This document shows positions 46,801 to 57,430 of a DNA stretch of 64,000 nt, one piece after another. Numbering within the stretch: the stretch's first letter is position 1; each line of letters opens with the position of its first letter. Where the stretch lies: sequence record LR756500.1, one strand, 5' to 3'. The position numbers and the translations under genes were made by a program. The notes beneath the pieces are model-generated. The model ran no database searches. It had not been told where the DNA came from and saw nothing but the letters and a program-made list of their open reading frames with translations.

Positions 46801-47001
46801 ATGAAAAAATGGGAAGAGATATTGAATAAAAAATTTCCTAACGAAGCTTTTGATAATGAATTAACAGCAATTCAAACTTATTTATTAATAGCAGATTTAG
46901 ATGAAGATGGAATTCCTACAAAGGACGAAATAAGAACATATTTAATTGAAATATTTGAAAAAGCATTTGAAAATAAATTTATGAATTGGGATAAAGTTTG
47001 A
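46801..47001 (+). CDS. hypothetical protein
   Basis: ORF track. Confidence 0.6.
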   Translation: MKKWEEILNKKFPNEAFDNELTAIQTYLLIADLDEDGIPTKDEIRTYLIEIFEKAFENKFMNWDKV

Positions 47002-47005
47002 AGTT

Positions 47006-47362
47006 ATGACAGATACACAATTTACTAATTGGATAATAGATGAAGGAAAAGCAGCATTTGAATGGTATAATAATAAGCCACAAGTTATAAAAGATTTAGT
47101 TAGAGCATATCCTTATTGTTTTGAATATATTATAAAAGAAAATGCTCCATATTCAATATCAGCGCCAGGCACTATTGTAAATATAGAATCTTATAGAGAA
47201 GATGAAACTGTTAGAGTATCATTTCCAACAAATAAACTAACAGAATCTGCTAAATTACATCTTATAGAATTATGTACCAAACACAATAAACCATTTCCTG
47301 CTGATAATATAATACAAGTAGTTATTATAGAACCTAAATATTTATTAAAAATTGAAAAATGA
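47006..47362 (+). CDS. hypothetical protein
   Basis: ORF track. Confidence 0.65.
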   Translation: MTDTQFTNWIIDEGKAAFEWYNNKPQVIKDLVRAYPYCFEYIIKENAPYSISAPGTIVNIESYREDETVRVSFPTNKLTESAKLHLIELCTKHNKPFPADNIIQVVIIEPKYLLKIEK

Positions 47363-47562
47363 GCGACAAAAATAAAGAAATTTATCAAATAGATACAGTA
47401 GATCATAGATTAGATTGTACAGGATATCAAGAAAGTAATTGTTGTGGAGCATTTATAGATTCAGATATTGATTTATGTCACGATTGTAAAGAGCATGCTG
47501 ATACAAGATGTACAGATTGTGATGAAAGTGAAGGTTGTCCAAATAAAAAATATTTCTCATGA
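47359..47562 (+). CDS. Cys-rich hypothetical protein
   Basis: SNCCGA..CHDCKEH..CTDC. Confidence 0.7.
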   Translation: MSDKNKEIYQIDTVDHRLDCTGYQESNCCGAFIDSDIDLCHDCKEHADTRCTDCDESEGCPNKKYFS

Positions 47563-48095
47563 GTAATGAAATTAATATGATTCCTATATTAGAAGGAAAA
47601 GGAATACAAGAATCAATATATGGGTTTGCTTCTTCTGAAAACTTTACTATTGAAGAATTATCTGAATCGCTTGTAAATTTTTTTATAGAAAAAAATATTA
47701 CTAATTCAATAAATAATCTTATTCTGTTTCATGGTAAAATAGAAGATGCCACTACTAAAAATTTTAGTGTCATACCGTTAGCATTTCCAGGCAAAATAGA
47801 TGATATTAAAACTGCTTTAATTGATTCTCCATTTAAATATATTTGTATTATCAGAATAAGAGAACAAGATACTTATATTAAAATCGGTACTATTTTTCAA
47901 ATTGAAGAAAACAAAAAGAAATTTAATGCTATTTCTTTATCTGAAGTTTACGATTTAGATACAATTCCAGCCTTTATAGGTTTGTATATTGGAGAAGACA
48001 AAAAATCTAGAATTATAGAATTAATTAAAAAAGATAAAAATTGGATAATTAATCATAATTCAACAATAGAAGACTTAACTAAACTATTAATTTGA
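47559..48095 (+). CDS. hypothetical protein
   Basis: ORF track. Confidence 0.6.
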   Translation: MSNEINMIPILEGKGIQESIYGFASSENFTIEELSESLVNFFIEKNITNSINNLILFHGKIEDATTKNFSVIPLAFPGKIDDIKTALIDSPFKYICIIRIREQDTYIKIGTIFQIEENKKKFNAISLSEVYDLDTIPAFIGLYIGEDKKSRIIELIKKDKNWIINHNSTIEDLTKLLI

Positions 48096-48096
48096 T

Positions 48097-48351
48097 ATGG
48101 CTAGATTTAGTTTAAGAAATCAAAATAAAATCGAAAAAACTTTTGGATATGATTTTTTACAATGTTTGTTATCTTCATTAAAAAAGACTTTTGAAATTAA
48201 TATAATAGAAGAACATACATATGAAAATGAAAAATATAAAATAATTCATTCTCATAATGTTCAAAAAAATTCAGATAGTTTTTTCGAGTTGTACATCATA
48301 AGTAAAACTTATGATGTATTTAATTTGGCTTATAAATCAACATGTGGTTAA
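48097..48351 (+). CDS. hypothetical protein
   Basis: ORF track. Confidence 0.65.
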   Translation: MARFSLRNQNKIEKTFGYDFLQCLLSSLKKTFEINIIEEHTYENEKYKIIHSHNVQKNSDSFFELYIISKTYDVFNLAYKSTCG

Positions 48352-48721
48352 TATTATGGAAGCTTTTTATTTTTTTTTATTTTTAGTATTTGTTTATTTA
48401 TTTATAACTCTCTCACTTAAATATATTCATTATAATCAACAAAAAGATTATAATGAATATAAACGTATGATGGATGATATCTATAAAGGTCTACAAAGTG
48501 AATTACTCAAGCGCCAACAAAAACAATATCCTAAAATTTTAAATGATAATGATAGAGAAAAAATTTATAATATTTATAAGCATTTTGTATTAAATACAGG
48601 TAATGAACAAGAAGTAGCTAAAATGCATTTAAATAAATTTCTAACTAAACATAAAATAACTCTAAATCAATTTTTAAATGAATATAAAATACACGGAAAA
48701 GAAAAAATACTTAATAACTAA
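48311..48721 (+). CDS. membrane-anchored hypothetical protein
   Basis: ORF track; likely start near 48356. Confidence 0.55.
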   Translation: MMYLIWLINQHVVNIMEAFYFFLFLVFVYLFITLSLKYIHYNQQKDYNEYKRMMDDIYKGLQSELLKRQQKQYPKILNDNDREKIYNIYKHFVLNTGNEQEVAKMHLNKFLTKHKITLNQFLNEYKIHGKEKILNN

Positions 48722-48911
48722 AAAAGATTTAATTCAAATTTCTGGATTAATTATTTGCTTTTTAATAGGATATCTTTCTAGTAATAAATCTATAATAAAA
48801 GGAATTATAATGTCTTTATGTTATGGATTGTTAATGTTTTTGATAATATTTATTATAAAATTATACCAAAGAAAACAAAAACGTGATTTTTTCAAAAATA
48901 TAAAATACTAA
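48678..48911 (+). CDS. small two-TM protein
   Basis: Hydrophobic ORF. Confidence 0.55.
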   Translation: MNIKYTEKKKYLITKKDLIQISGLIICFLIGYLSSNKSIIKGIIMSLCYGLLMFLIIFIIKLYQRKQKRDFFKNIKY

Positions 48912-49078
48912 AACTTATGGAATATAAAGAATTTATAGATAAATGGCTGACCAAAAATTCAAATGAAAATAAAATTGAATTTATTAATGATACAATAAAA
49001 TTATGTAGAACAACAATTGATAAAAAAATATTATCGTTAATAGAATCAGGTGATTTAGAAATTGGCAAACAAACATAA

Positions 49079-49288
49079 ATGGAAAAATGTACTAGATGTG
49101 GTAAATGTTGCTTAGCTGCACCGTGTTGTTTAATTCCAATAGGAAAAGAAGTATATGAAAAAAAGGATGGTAAAAAAATACATAAATGTAAATTTTTTAC
49201 ATTCGATAAAAATCTTGCAAAATGCAGAGCATATAAATTAGTAAATAATGGAGGATTTTGTACATCTTCTATAAAAATAAAAGTTTAA
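49079..49288 (+). CDS. CxxCxxCC putative Fe-S/Zn protein (YkgJ-like)
   Basis: CTRCGKCC..C..C. Confidence 0.6.
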   Translation: MEKCTRCGKCCLAAPCCLIPIGKEVYEKKDGKKIHKCKFFTFDKNLAKCRAYKLVNNGGFCTSSIKIKV

Positions 49289-49360
49289 ATACTTTAAATA
49301 AAATTTTTTCTATAATTTAAAAGTTATTATATTTATATAACGATTAAATAATTATAAAAT

Positions 49361-50137
49361 ATGCTAATAGATTTAACTTTAAAATGTAACGAACAATGTA
49401 CTCATTGTATGGTAGATGCTCTTCCGACAGGTAAACATATGGAAGAAAAAACATTCATAGATTTATGTGGTTTCTTATTTATAATTAAACCTCCTATTGT
49501 TCAAATAAGCGGTGGTGAATTTACTCTTCATACTAATTTTTATGAGTATATTCAAAGATTAACTAATATGCTTCCAGAAAGTATGTTTTTACTTGAAAGC
49601 AATGGTTCATTTATAAATGATAAAGATAAAGTCAAAAAATTAAAAGATTTATTATCTATAAAAAATGTATATGGGCTTCAAATTAGAACTCATGAAAAAT
49701 ACTATCCAAACTTTGAAAATACAATGAAGAATCAAATGATTTTAAAATCATTACATCCTAAAGTTATGTTTTTCTCAGATGGTATAGATGAGTTAGTTCC
49801 TATAGGAAGAGCAAAAACTAATTATCCAGATAACATAGCAACTAGAAGACCTCAGTGTTCAAATGTATTTTTATTAATTAAACAACCTGCTGCTAAAATA
49901 ACTTCATTTAAAGAATTAATATTTACGTTACAAAGAAATGGAATATTCTGTAAACCTATGATTGATATCGAAGGAAATATTAGAGCTGGTGAAACTCCAT
50001 TTTGTCAAAAGTTTGGACATATTACCGATTCTTTAGATACTTTGTTCAATAATATTAAGAAAAGTGTACCGTGTGATGCTTGCGGATTAGTTAAAAATTA
50101 CAAGCCTATAGAAAAATCTATTATATTCTCAGTTTAA
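49361..50137 (+). CDS. radical SAM protein with C-terminal Cys cluster
   Basis: CNEQCTHC, SGGE, ESNG; C-terminal C..C..C..CDAC. Confidence 0.85.
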   Translation: MLIDLTLKCNEQCTHCMVDALPTGKHMEEKTFIDLCGFLFIIKPPIVQISGGEFTLHTNFYEYIQRLTNMLPESMFLLESNGSFINDKDKVKKLKDLLSIKNVYGLQIRTHEKYYPNFENTMKNQMILKSLHPKVMFFSDGIDELVPIGRAKTNYPDNIATRRPQCSNVFLLIKQPAAKITSFKELIFTLQRNGIFCKPMIDIEGNIRAGETPFCQKFGHITDSLDTLFNNIKKSVPCDACGLVKNYKPIEKSIIFSV

Positions 50138-50255
50138 GTTTAATTAAATACTTTATTAAACATTTTTAAATCTGGTCCTTTGTTATTAAATTTATACTAT
50201 AATTAAATTTTTATAAACATATTAATTACAAATAATTAAAAAATAAAATTTCTAT

Positions 50256-50651
50256 ATGGAAAATACAGAACAAAGTGTAAATTTATCATGGGTATATGAT
50301 ATTATGCATAGTAATGGAAATGTTGATATAAATTGTAAAGAAGTTTATACTCAATTATTTAATTTTGCATCAATGCTTTCTAAATCATCGGCATTTGCAG
50401 TAAAAGCACATCATGTATTTAGTTTTTTAAATGGAAAATCATCTTTTGATATTAAACAAGATGTTCAATTAATTCCAAAATTTGGTACCAAACCTGAATT
50501 TGCAATATATCAAATAAATAAAGGTGAATATGAACTTAGAAAAGAAGGTACAATTATTCTTAAAGGTTTAAATGAAGGTTTAGCAAGAAAAATATTTAAT
50601 GATATCAGAGTAGCAAGTGAACCAGAAATTCAGAAAAAATTTAAAGCATAA
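50256..50651 (+). CDS. hypothetical protein
   Basis: ORF track; promoter motif at 50173-50194. Confidence 0.65.
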   Translation: MENTEQSVNLSWVYDIMHSNGNVDINCKEVYTQLFNFASMLSKSSAFAVKAHHVFSFLNGKSSFDIKQDVQLIPKFGTKPEFAIYQINKGEYELRKEGTIILKGLNEGLARKIFNDIRVASEPEIQKKFKA

Positions 50652-50883
50652 TTATATGAATCACTTAAAGGAAAAAATACTAAATGACTTTAAAGTTAAT
50701 CCATATTCATTATGGGCTAAAAAGTTTGATAGTGAACTTCATATTCCACATCAAATGAAAAAGGGAGATGGTACTTTATGTGGTTCATCATCAGCATTAT
50801 TAGGCAATAATTATGCACCTCATAAAAAAGATTTACCAATATGTAATAAATGCTTAGAAATAAAATATAATGAACATAAATAA
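50617..50883 (+). CDS. hypothetical protein (H..LC..CxxC)
   Basis: ORF track. Confidence 0.65.
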   Translation: MNQKFRKNLKHNYMNHLKEKILNDFKVNPYSLWAKKFDSELHIPHQMKKGDGTLCGSSSALLGNNYAPHKKDLPICNKCLEIKYNEHK

Positions 50884-51184
50884 ATATACTGGAATAGCTT
50901 CTGCTAATGGATTAGAATGTATAACTCCATATGATGAAAAAACATTTGGAATGGCTATAGTAAGAGCAGAAGCAAATGATCAAAGGCATTCAGTCGCATT
51001 CACTATAGAATTAGAAGAACCTATGTATGATGCACTCCAGGAAATGATAAATGAAGGAGATGCAGAAGTTGCTTTAATAGCTATAAAAAATGCATCAGGC
51101 ATACAATTTCCATCAAATAAATTCAAACCATATTCTAAAAATTGGGATATTATACCAAATACAAAATTAGATCCTCATGCTTAA
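50870..51184 (+). CDS. hypothetical protein
   Basis: ORF track. Confidence 0.65.
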   Translation: MNINKYTGIASANGLECITPYDEKTFGMAIVRAEANDQRHSVAFTIELEEPMYDALQEMINEGDAEVALIAIKNASGIQFPSNKFKPYSKNWDIIPNTKLDPHA

Positions 51185-51680
51185 TTTGAATCAATATCAA
51201 AAAGGTAATTTGGAAGTTGTTAATAACTTCCTTAGTTATAAAAAAGAAAGAATAATTCAATCTTTTAAACCGTTTACATTAGAAGAAATAAAAAATTATA
51301 ATCATTCTAACAATAGAAATGATTATAAAGATTTAAAACGTAGATTAAAAGAAGAAGAAAGTAATTTCAAAAGTTGTAAAAAACTATTAATATCATTAGC
51401 TTGTAATAGTGTTAAAGATAATTATAATGCAAGAGTAGGTTCAGGTAATGGTTTTGAATTTAAAAATTTAAAAGACTATTCCGTACATGATATTAATGAT
51501 ATGCTAAAAGACATTCTTTTAAAACAAAAAAATATTATCGATTGTACAAATTATACGGATAAATATTTTGTCTTTTATGATACTGGCTTTAGAGGTCTAG
51601 GAGGTTATTCTTATGGGATAACTATGATTAAAAAAGAAGATATTGATAAGCCTTTTACAAAACATGTAACATTTAATTAA
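51177..51680 (+). CDS. hypothetical protein
   Basis: ORF track. Confidence 0.65.
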   Translation: MLNLNQYQKGNLEVVNNFLSYKKERIIQSFKPFTLEEIKNYNHSNNRNDYKDLKRRLKEEESNFKSCKKLLISLACNSVKDNYNARVGSGNGFEFKNLKDYSVHDINDMLKDILLKQKNIIDCTNYTDKYFVFYDTGFRGLGGYSYGITMIKKEDIDKPFTKHVTFN

Positions 51681-51992
51681 ATGATTAAAGTAGATAGCAT
51701 AGTTATTATTCAATATCTTAATAATAACTTTATTCAAACTAAAAAAATTATATCTACAGAACATTTATTATTTGTAAAAGCAAATTATAAAACATACATT
51801 TCACTTCCAAAAAAAGAACAAGACAAATTCAAAAGAGAAAATAAAATTGAATTAGAACCTTATTATGAAATTCCTGAAGTATCGCCAATGGGATCACCTA
51901 TGATGAATTCTAAAATTGGCGATATTTGTGAAATGTATTTATCTGAAAATCAAGGAGGATATCATTACTTTAAAATCTTAAATATACAATGA
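51681..51992 (+). CDS. hypothetical protein, weak GreA/GreB C-terminal-like motif
   Basis: VSPMGSPMMNSKIGD. Confidence 0.45.
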   Translation: MIKVDSIVIIQYLNNNFIQTKKIISTEHLLFVKANYKTYISLPKKEQDKFKRENKIELEPYYEIPEVSPMGSPMMNSKIGDICEMYLSENQGGYHYFKILNIQ

Positions 51993-52441
51993 AAACTTTA
52001 TTATTAGATATAGATTATACAATGGCTCACGAACAGGAGCCAAGACCATTCTTAAAAGAATTTTTACTCACATTAAAAGAACAATACAACTTAGTTATTT
52101 ATACAGGAGGTACTTCTAGTAGAGTAACAGACTTTCTAAGAATACTTTATCATAAATTAGAAATAAAAGATAGAGAATTTATACATGATTTACAAATTAC
52201 AGCATTACATAGAGGTAATTGTGATTTAATTGAATATCCTACTTCTAGCTGTTCTTCAATTTATATTAAATGCTTAAAGAAAGCATCTGAAATATTAAAT
52301 ATTCCAGTTGAAGATCTTACTCTTATTGATGATACAGTTCATTGTGAAGACCCTTATATTAAACAAATTATTCAGGCTGAAGGATTCTATGGACAAGAAA
52401 ATGATGATTATTTACAAAGACTTTTAAAACAATTAATATGA
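51989..52441 (+). CDS. HAD-superfamily (NIF/FCP1-like) phosphatase
   Basis: LLLDIDYT, PRPFLKEFL, IYTGG, LIDD. Confidence 0.8.
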   Translation: MKTLLLDIDYTMAHEQEPRPFLKEFLLTLKEQYNLVIYTGGTSSRVTDFLRILYHKLEIKDREFIHDLQITALHRGNCDLIEYPTSSCSSIYIKCLKKASEILNIPVEDLTLIDDTVHCEDPYIKQIIQAEGFYGQENDDYLQRLLKQLI

Positions 52442-53001
52442 TAAAAGTATTATATGCTGGAATGGCAGATGATATTCTTTTACCTTTATTACTAATTCCG
52501 ACTTTTAATGAACTATTTGTAATATGTGAATTTGATATCGCATTTGCAAAAAATAGAAGTTGGAAAGGTCAAAAGGATGATATCAAACAAATTTTATTTA
52601 ATGGTAATAATGAAAATTCTCATCATAGAGATATCTATTTATTATATTATAAAGATACACCTATTTTTAATTTAGATGAACCTTGTATTATAATCGATGA
52701 AAAAGATATTGATAATTGTTGGACATTAATATTTTCATACAATAATAAAATAAGAAAATTAATTTATTATCATCATACAAATTTTTTAACCGAATGGGAT
52801 AAAAGTATTACTGATATTAATCATGTCTTAAGTGTAGGTGCACCCTTTCCAATTGATGATAAAATACTAAATAAAATGGTAAAAGAAAGATGTACATTAG
52901 ATTGTTTATATTACGATCAATTTACAGTAAATAAAAATACTAAAAAAGTTAATCTAATGGATAGATTAATTTACATTAATAATATTAAAGAATTATTATG
53001 A
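52438..53001 (+). CDS. hypothetical protein
   Basis: ORF track. Confidence 0.65.
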   Translation: MIKVLYAGMADDILLPLLLIPTFNELFVICEFDIAFAKNRSWKGQKDDIKQILFNGNNENSHHRDIYLLYYKDTPIFNLDEPCIIIDEKDIDNCWTLIFSYNNKIRKLIYYHHTNFLTEWDKSITDINHVLSVGAPFPIDDKILNKMVKERCTLDCLYYDQFTVNKNTKKVNLMDRLIYINNIKELL

Positions 53002-53303
53002 GCTTAATTACGCATGAAATTTTAGTTACCAAAGGATTTAAAGAAGAAACAACACAAGTTCCCGTAATGACCATGAAATGGTCATGGAAAAAGTTTAAGT
53101 TTATCCCTGATGAAAAATTATGCATACCAGGTCCTATTCTATCTACTTATAAAAAAGGAATTTTAACTATTCATACAGAATCCGTAGCAGCAGGCGATTT
53201 TGCTTTGTATATAAAAGTAGGAGATGATAAACCAAGAAGATTTGATGAAATGGAAGAAAGACATTTAGAAGGTTTAATAGAGGGATTATGCTTAAATGGA
53301 TAA
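52998..53303 (+). CDS. hypothetical protein
   Basis: ORF track. Confidence 0.6.
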   Translation: MSLITHEILVTKGFKEETTQVPVMTMKWSWKKFKFIPDEKLCIPGPILSTYKKGILTIHTESVAAGDFALYIKVGDDKPRRFDEMEERHLEGLIEGLCLNG

Positions 53304-53458
53304 TAAAGTCAAAATAACAACAATAACTGAAGTAGAAGGACATATTGATGTATATTCAGAAGCTATTCCTTCTAATGTCAACGTTACATATTTTAATGAA
53401 TGTGGTGTTTATGAAGGTTATGTTGTAACATATTCTTATATAGATAAAAATAAATTAA

Positions 53459-53989
53459 ATGAACATAGCGGTTAAAGATTTAAAATTAGGTGATACTTTT
53501 GAATTTGATTTTACATTAAAATACAATATCAAAATTAATAAAGATAAAGGGTTTAAACCTCTTTTAGAATTTAAAGGAATTAATTTTGAAGGTTTATGGA
53601 ATGTAATAAAAATAGGACCTTCTTACAAACATTGCAAACAAAATAAAACAAAATTAATTATTTATACTAGTAAAAGATTTGGATTACAAGAAGTATTTGC
53701 AATTTCTAGAAATAAAAATGTATTTCAAAATGCCGGACTTATTACTCTGGTCTTAGATAGAAACATTCAGAATCCTATAATGACAGATTCTGATAAATTA
53801 CATGAGTATCTAGGATATACATCATATTTAAAAGATGTAATATTTAATAAAAATCGTGCAGATAAAATGAGTCTAGATGAATTTATAATTTTGTGTAATG
53901 ATTTAATTAAAGCAACTAAAAAAATGAAAAAAGACATAAACCAGAATTACCCTTATGTTGACTTTTCAAAAAATTATATGCAGATTTAA
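53459..53989 (+). CDS. hypothetical protein
   Basis: ORF track. Confidence 0.6.
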   Translation: MNIAVKDLKLGDTFEFDFTLKYNIKINKDKGFKPLLEFKGINFEGLWNVIKIGPSYKHCKQNKTKLIIYTSKRFGLQEVFAISRNKNVFQNAGLITLVLDRNIQNPIMTDSDKLHEYLGYTSYLKDVIFNKNRADKMSLDEFIILCNDLIKATKKMKKDINQNYPYVDFSKNYMQI

Positions 53990-54276
53990 TCAAGCATAAA
54001 GCATGAATCAATTACATTGAATAAAATGAAGAATTAAGAAATGAAAATTAATCAGGAATAATTATCAAATTTGGATTTGGATTAACTACTAAAAAATTTT
54101 CACATTCTTCCTTTGTCCCAATAAAACACTCAATTATTTCTTCATTATTAAGGCTTAAATCTAAAATTTTGTATAACATATTTTTAATTTATTACGGATA
54201 CTTTAATCTTAATTTTTAAAATTAAATTTTTGTTATTATATTTATATATTAATTAAAATACTAAAATTTAATACTA

Positions 54277-54603
54277 ATGACAATCGAAGATAAATTCAAG
54301 GAACTTATTCAAACTGTTGGTGGTACAAATAAAATTTTATTTGACTCTATGGTTGAAGAAGTATGGCCTAAAGTAAAAGAAAAAATAGATTCATTTAACT
54401 CAATATCTCCAGTTGAAATAAATTTTAATTATACGCAAGAAAATGATTATCCTGATATTATTTTCTTTTTATATATGGATAAAATAAAAGAAGTAGTATT
54501 AGAATATTTAGAAACAAATCATCCTGATGCCTGGTTTAAACCTATATATTATTCAGGTGATCAATTGAAGAAATGGAAAAAAGATAATAATTATACAGAA
54601 TAA
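54277..54603 (+). CDS. hypothetical protein
   Basis: ORF track; promoter motif at 54226-54244. Confidence 0.65.
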   Translation: MTIEDKFKELIQTVGGTNKILFDSMVEEVWPKVKEKIDSFNSISPVEINFNYTQENDYPDIIFFLYMDKIKEVVLEYLETNHPDAWFKPIYYSGDQLKKWKKDNNYTE

Positions 54604-54738
54604 TAAAATGAACAAAGATACTATAGAACCTACATTTACAATTTCCCAAATACAAGAAGCATGGTTAGAAATATACAAAGAAGATATAGTTTTGCAATAT
54701 CCAGATTTTATAACTACCTTAATAAATAAAAATTAAAA

Positions 54739-54927
54739 ATGAAAAAGAATTATAAGATTGGTGATAAAGTATCATCTAACAATCATCCTGAAATTGGAAA
54801 AGGTGAAATAATTTGTATTTCACATTACATTAATATAGCAACAATAAAATTAGATACTCCATTCAATGATAATGGAAAATTATGTACTAAAGCTGATTTA
54901 AGTATTAAAGAACTAATAGATGCATAA
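54739..54927 (+). CDS. hypothetical protein
   Basis: ORF track. Confidence 0.6.
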   Translation: MKKNYKIGDKVSSNNHPEIGKGEIICISHYINIATIKLDTPFNDNGKLCTKADLSIKELIDA

Positions 54928-55229
54928 TAATATTCTATAATAAAACACTTAATGTTTAAACATAAAATATCTTCCTAAAGAGTTTAAAAGAAATTCTAAA
55001 AGCTTAAGGCTTTAAAATATACATTTCCCTTCTTCTTAGCGTTAAATTTTATATTGGGCCGGCTGAAAAAGTTTCACTTTTGGCTGGCTATTTTTTATTT
55101 TTGTTTAAAATTTTTATTACTTGAATCTAATAGGAATTATCGTTTTATGTTTATAATATGCATATATTATCTTTCAATTAATTTCATTTTATTTAAAATT
55201 TTATATTCCCTGAATATAAACCATGTATA

Positions 55230-55256
55230 CCCTTTGTATATTCCGGTAATACTTGG
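55230..55256. repeat. 27-bp dispersed intergenic repeat copy 2
   Basis: Identical to 44603-44629. Confidence 0.85.
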
Positions 55257-55429
55257 GCACAGTTTAAAACCTGGATATATTACCTATTATAAAATTATTA
55301 CTAGAGTCCTAGTATAAAATAATTTAAAAAAATAAACTTTAAAAAGAAGTATAAAAATATTTTTTTATTTCGGCCTATGTTATTATATTTATATAATTAA
55401 TTTTATTAAAAACAAATAAATAACAAAGT

Positions 55430-56008
55430 ATGGAAACATTCAAAATTAAACAAAGAATTGAAGAATTAAAATCTAATTCAGATTTTGATCATTCATTAGA
55501 CAACATTTTCGATGCATGTGCAATTTCTAAAAAGGAATTGCTTTCAGTCGCTAATGATATTTTACCACATTTACATGCTGGCGATATTATTCCAACAACT
55601 TCAGAAATAATAGAAGATGCTATTATTGCAATAAAAATTCATTTTAATGATACTACTCCTGTTTCTAAACAAGAAAGAATGCTCGGTCTTATGATAGAAA
55701 GTATTATTGCAGCAATAGATAAACCAAGACATTCTATTATATCATCAATGTCTAAAGATCCTGGATTATTATCGATTATTAAAGATTTAGTTGATAAAGG
55801 TGAAATACCAAGCTTTAAAGAATTTTTACAAAAAACAGGTAAAGATAAACAATTTAAAGATTTTATGAGTTCTCATTCACGAGAAGATTGCGAAGCTTGC
55901 GAAGCAAAAGAATTATGTCCAGAATATAATGAAACAGAAAAAATATCAAATAATGCTTCTTTAGACGGAATTCCTTACATACCATTCGGAAAAACTGGAC
56001 AAGCATAA
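55430..56008 (+). CDS. hypothetical protein (CEAC..C)
   Basis: ORF track; promoter motif at 55371-55391. Confidence 0.7.
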   Translation: METFKIKQRIEELKSNSDFDHSLDNIFDACAISKKELLSVANDILPHLHAGDIIPTTSEIIEDAIIAIKIHFNDTTPVSKQERMLGLMIESIIAAIDKPRHSIISSMSKDPGLLSIIKDLVDKGEIPSFKEFLQKTGKDKQFKDFMSSHSREDCEACEAKELCPEYNETEKISNNASLDGIPYIPFGKTGQA

Positions 56009-56025
56009 ATCAATACAAATAATTA

Positions 56026-56063
56026 TTTTGGAAAAGTCTTACAACATTAAGACTTTTCCAAAA
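56026..56063 (+). terminator. bidirectional-type hairpin terminator
   Basis: ttttggaaaagtctt / aagacttttccaaaa. Confidence 0.8.
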
Positions 56064-56226
56064 AATAATTTAAATAAACTTTATGGAATTTAGTATAAAA
56101 TTAAATAAAGAAGAAAAATAAAAATACATTTTAATTTGTTTACAAATCTGGGGATGTGTTCCTATTGATATTAATTGGGCAATACAAACAAAATTATATA
56201 AAGAAAAACTCTCAAAATTTTAAAAT

Positions 56227-56607
56227 ATGCTAAAATTAAAAGATTTAGAATATAGAATTCCAGATAATAGTGTTAAAGGTGCATTATTGCTTTTAAAAGA
56301 TATGACTTATCAAATGGCCTTAGTTAATTATAGTGGTAATTTAGCAGGGTTTGTAGAAAAGAAAAATTTTCCAAATGGAAAAATGACTTTTGTAGAAATT
56401 AATAATTTAGAACTATTAGAACAAGAAGTACATGGATTTGCTTGCCCTAAAATAGTTTTGATGGAAGGACACATTATTCATTTTAAAGATACAAATAAAG
56501 AACCTGAAAAAGTTATTGAAATTAAAACAGGATCTAAAATTGAATTTCCGATAATAACTGAAAAAGGAGAATACAATTGGGATCATATATCATTAATTCA
56601 TATATAA
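56227..56607 (+). CDS. hypothetical protein
   Basis: ORF track. Confidence 0.6.
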   Translation: MLKLKDLEYRIPDNSVKGALLLLKDMTYQMALVNYSGNLAGFVEKKNFPNGKMTFVEINNLELLEQEVHGFACPKIVLMEGHIIHFKDTNKEPEKVIEIKTGSKIEFPIITEKGEYNWDHISLIHI

Positions 56608-56819
56608 TGAAAGCTGTAACTATAGAAGAAAAATTATTTAAACTTGGTTATATGATGGAAATTGCAATGATATCAGATAATTCTAAGCATGAATTATATA
56701 TTAATTTTTTAAAAAAATATTCATTACCTAATTCTGGACCGACTATTGAATTACTTAAATCTCTAAATAATAATCAAAGAGTTGAATTAATTAATATTTT
56801 TAAAAATGATATCAGCTGA
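56577..56819 (+). CDS. hypothetical protein
   Basis: ORF track. Confidence 0.55.
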   Translation: MGSYIINSYIMKAVTIEEKLFKLGYMMEIAMISDNSKHELYINFLKKYSLPNSGPTIELLKSLNNNQRVELINIFKNDIS

Positions 56820-57009
56820 AGAATTCTTATTACAAAAATATAAACCTGACACTAAACCTGATGAAATAATTTTGGCAGGTGACACTATAGTTAAATATAT
56901 GATCGGATATAATAATTTAACAAAAATTAAATGCAAAAATTTAGATAAATGTAAATTAGTTTTAAATATAGAAGGAAAATGTAAAGATAATTGTGAATTT
57001 GAATTCTAA
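56806..57009 (+). CDS. hypothetical protein
   Basis: ORF track. Confidence 0.55.
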   Translation: MISAEEFLLQKYKPDTKPDEIILAGDTIVKYMIGYNNLTKIKCKNLDKCKLVLNIEGKCKDNCEFEF

Positions 57010-57012
57010 TTT

Positions 57013-57408
57013 TTATTGCATTGCCTTTTTAATCATTTCTTCTGAATGACCTGCTTTTCTTAAATGATCAAATTGTTTATCTATTGGTACTTTATGAGCA
57101 CTCCAAATTTTAATATTATCTTTAATATAATGCATTTCAATATCTTCAGAATTATCATAAAACTTTTTAAATAAACCTTCTTTTTCTGCATCTTCAATAG
57201 TTGTAGAACTATATCCCATGTCAATCAAAAAATTCTTTAATTGACCTTTTGTTCCATCTAATATGCCTAAACGATCAATAGAATATTTTAATAACTTTAA
57301 ATTATCTGGATTTGTAGTCTTATGCATTCTGAACCTAGGTTCATTATAATCTATTTTAGAATTATTCATTTCATTTATAAACTCTTTATATTCACTTATA
57401 TACTTCAT
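57013..57408 (-). CDS. candidate head-internal protein
   Basis: MKYISEYKEFINE N-terminus; TAATAAATATA upstream. Confidence 0.6.
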   Translation of the reverse strand: MKYISEYKEFINEMNNSKIDYNEPRFRMHKTTNPDNLKLLKYSIDRLGILDGTKGQLKNFLIDMGYSSTTIEDAEKEGLFKKFYDNSEDIEMHYIKDNIKIWSAHKVPIDKQFDHLRKAGHSEEMIKKAMQ

Positions 57409-57430
57409 AACAATTTTATTTTTATATTTA

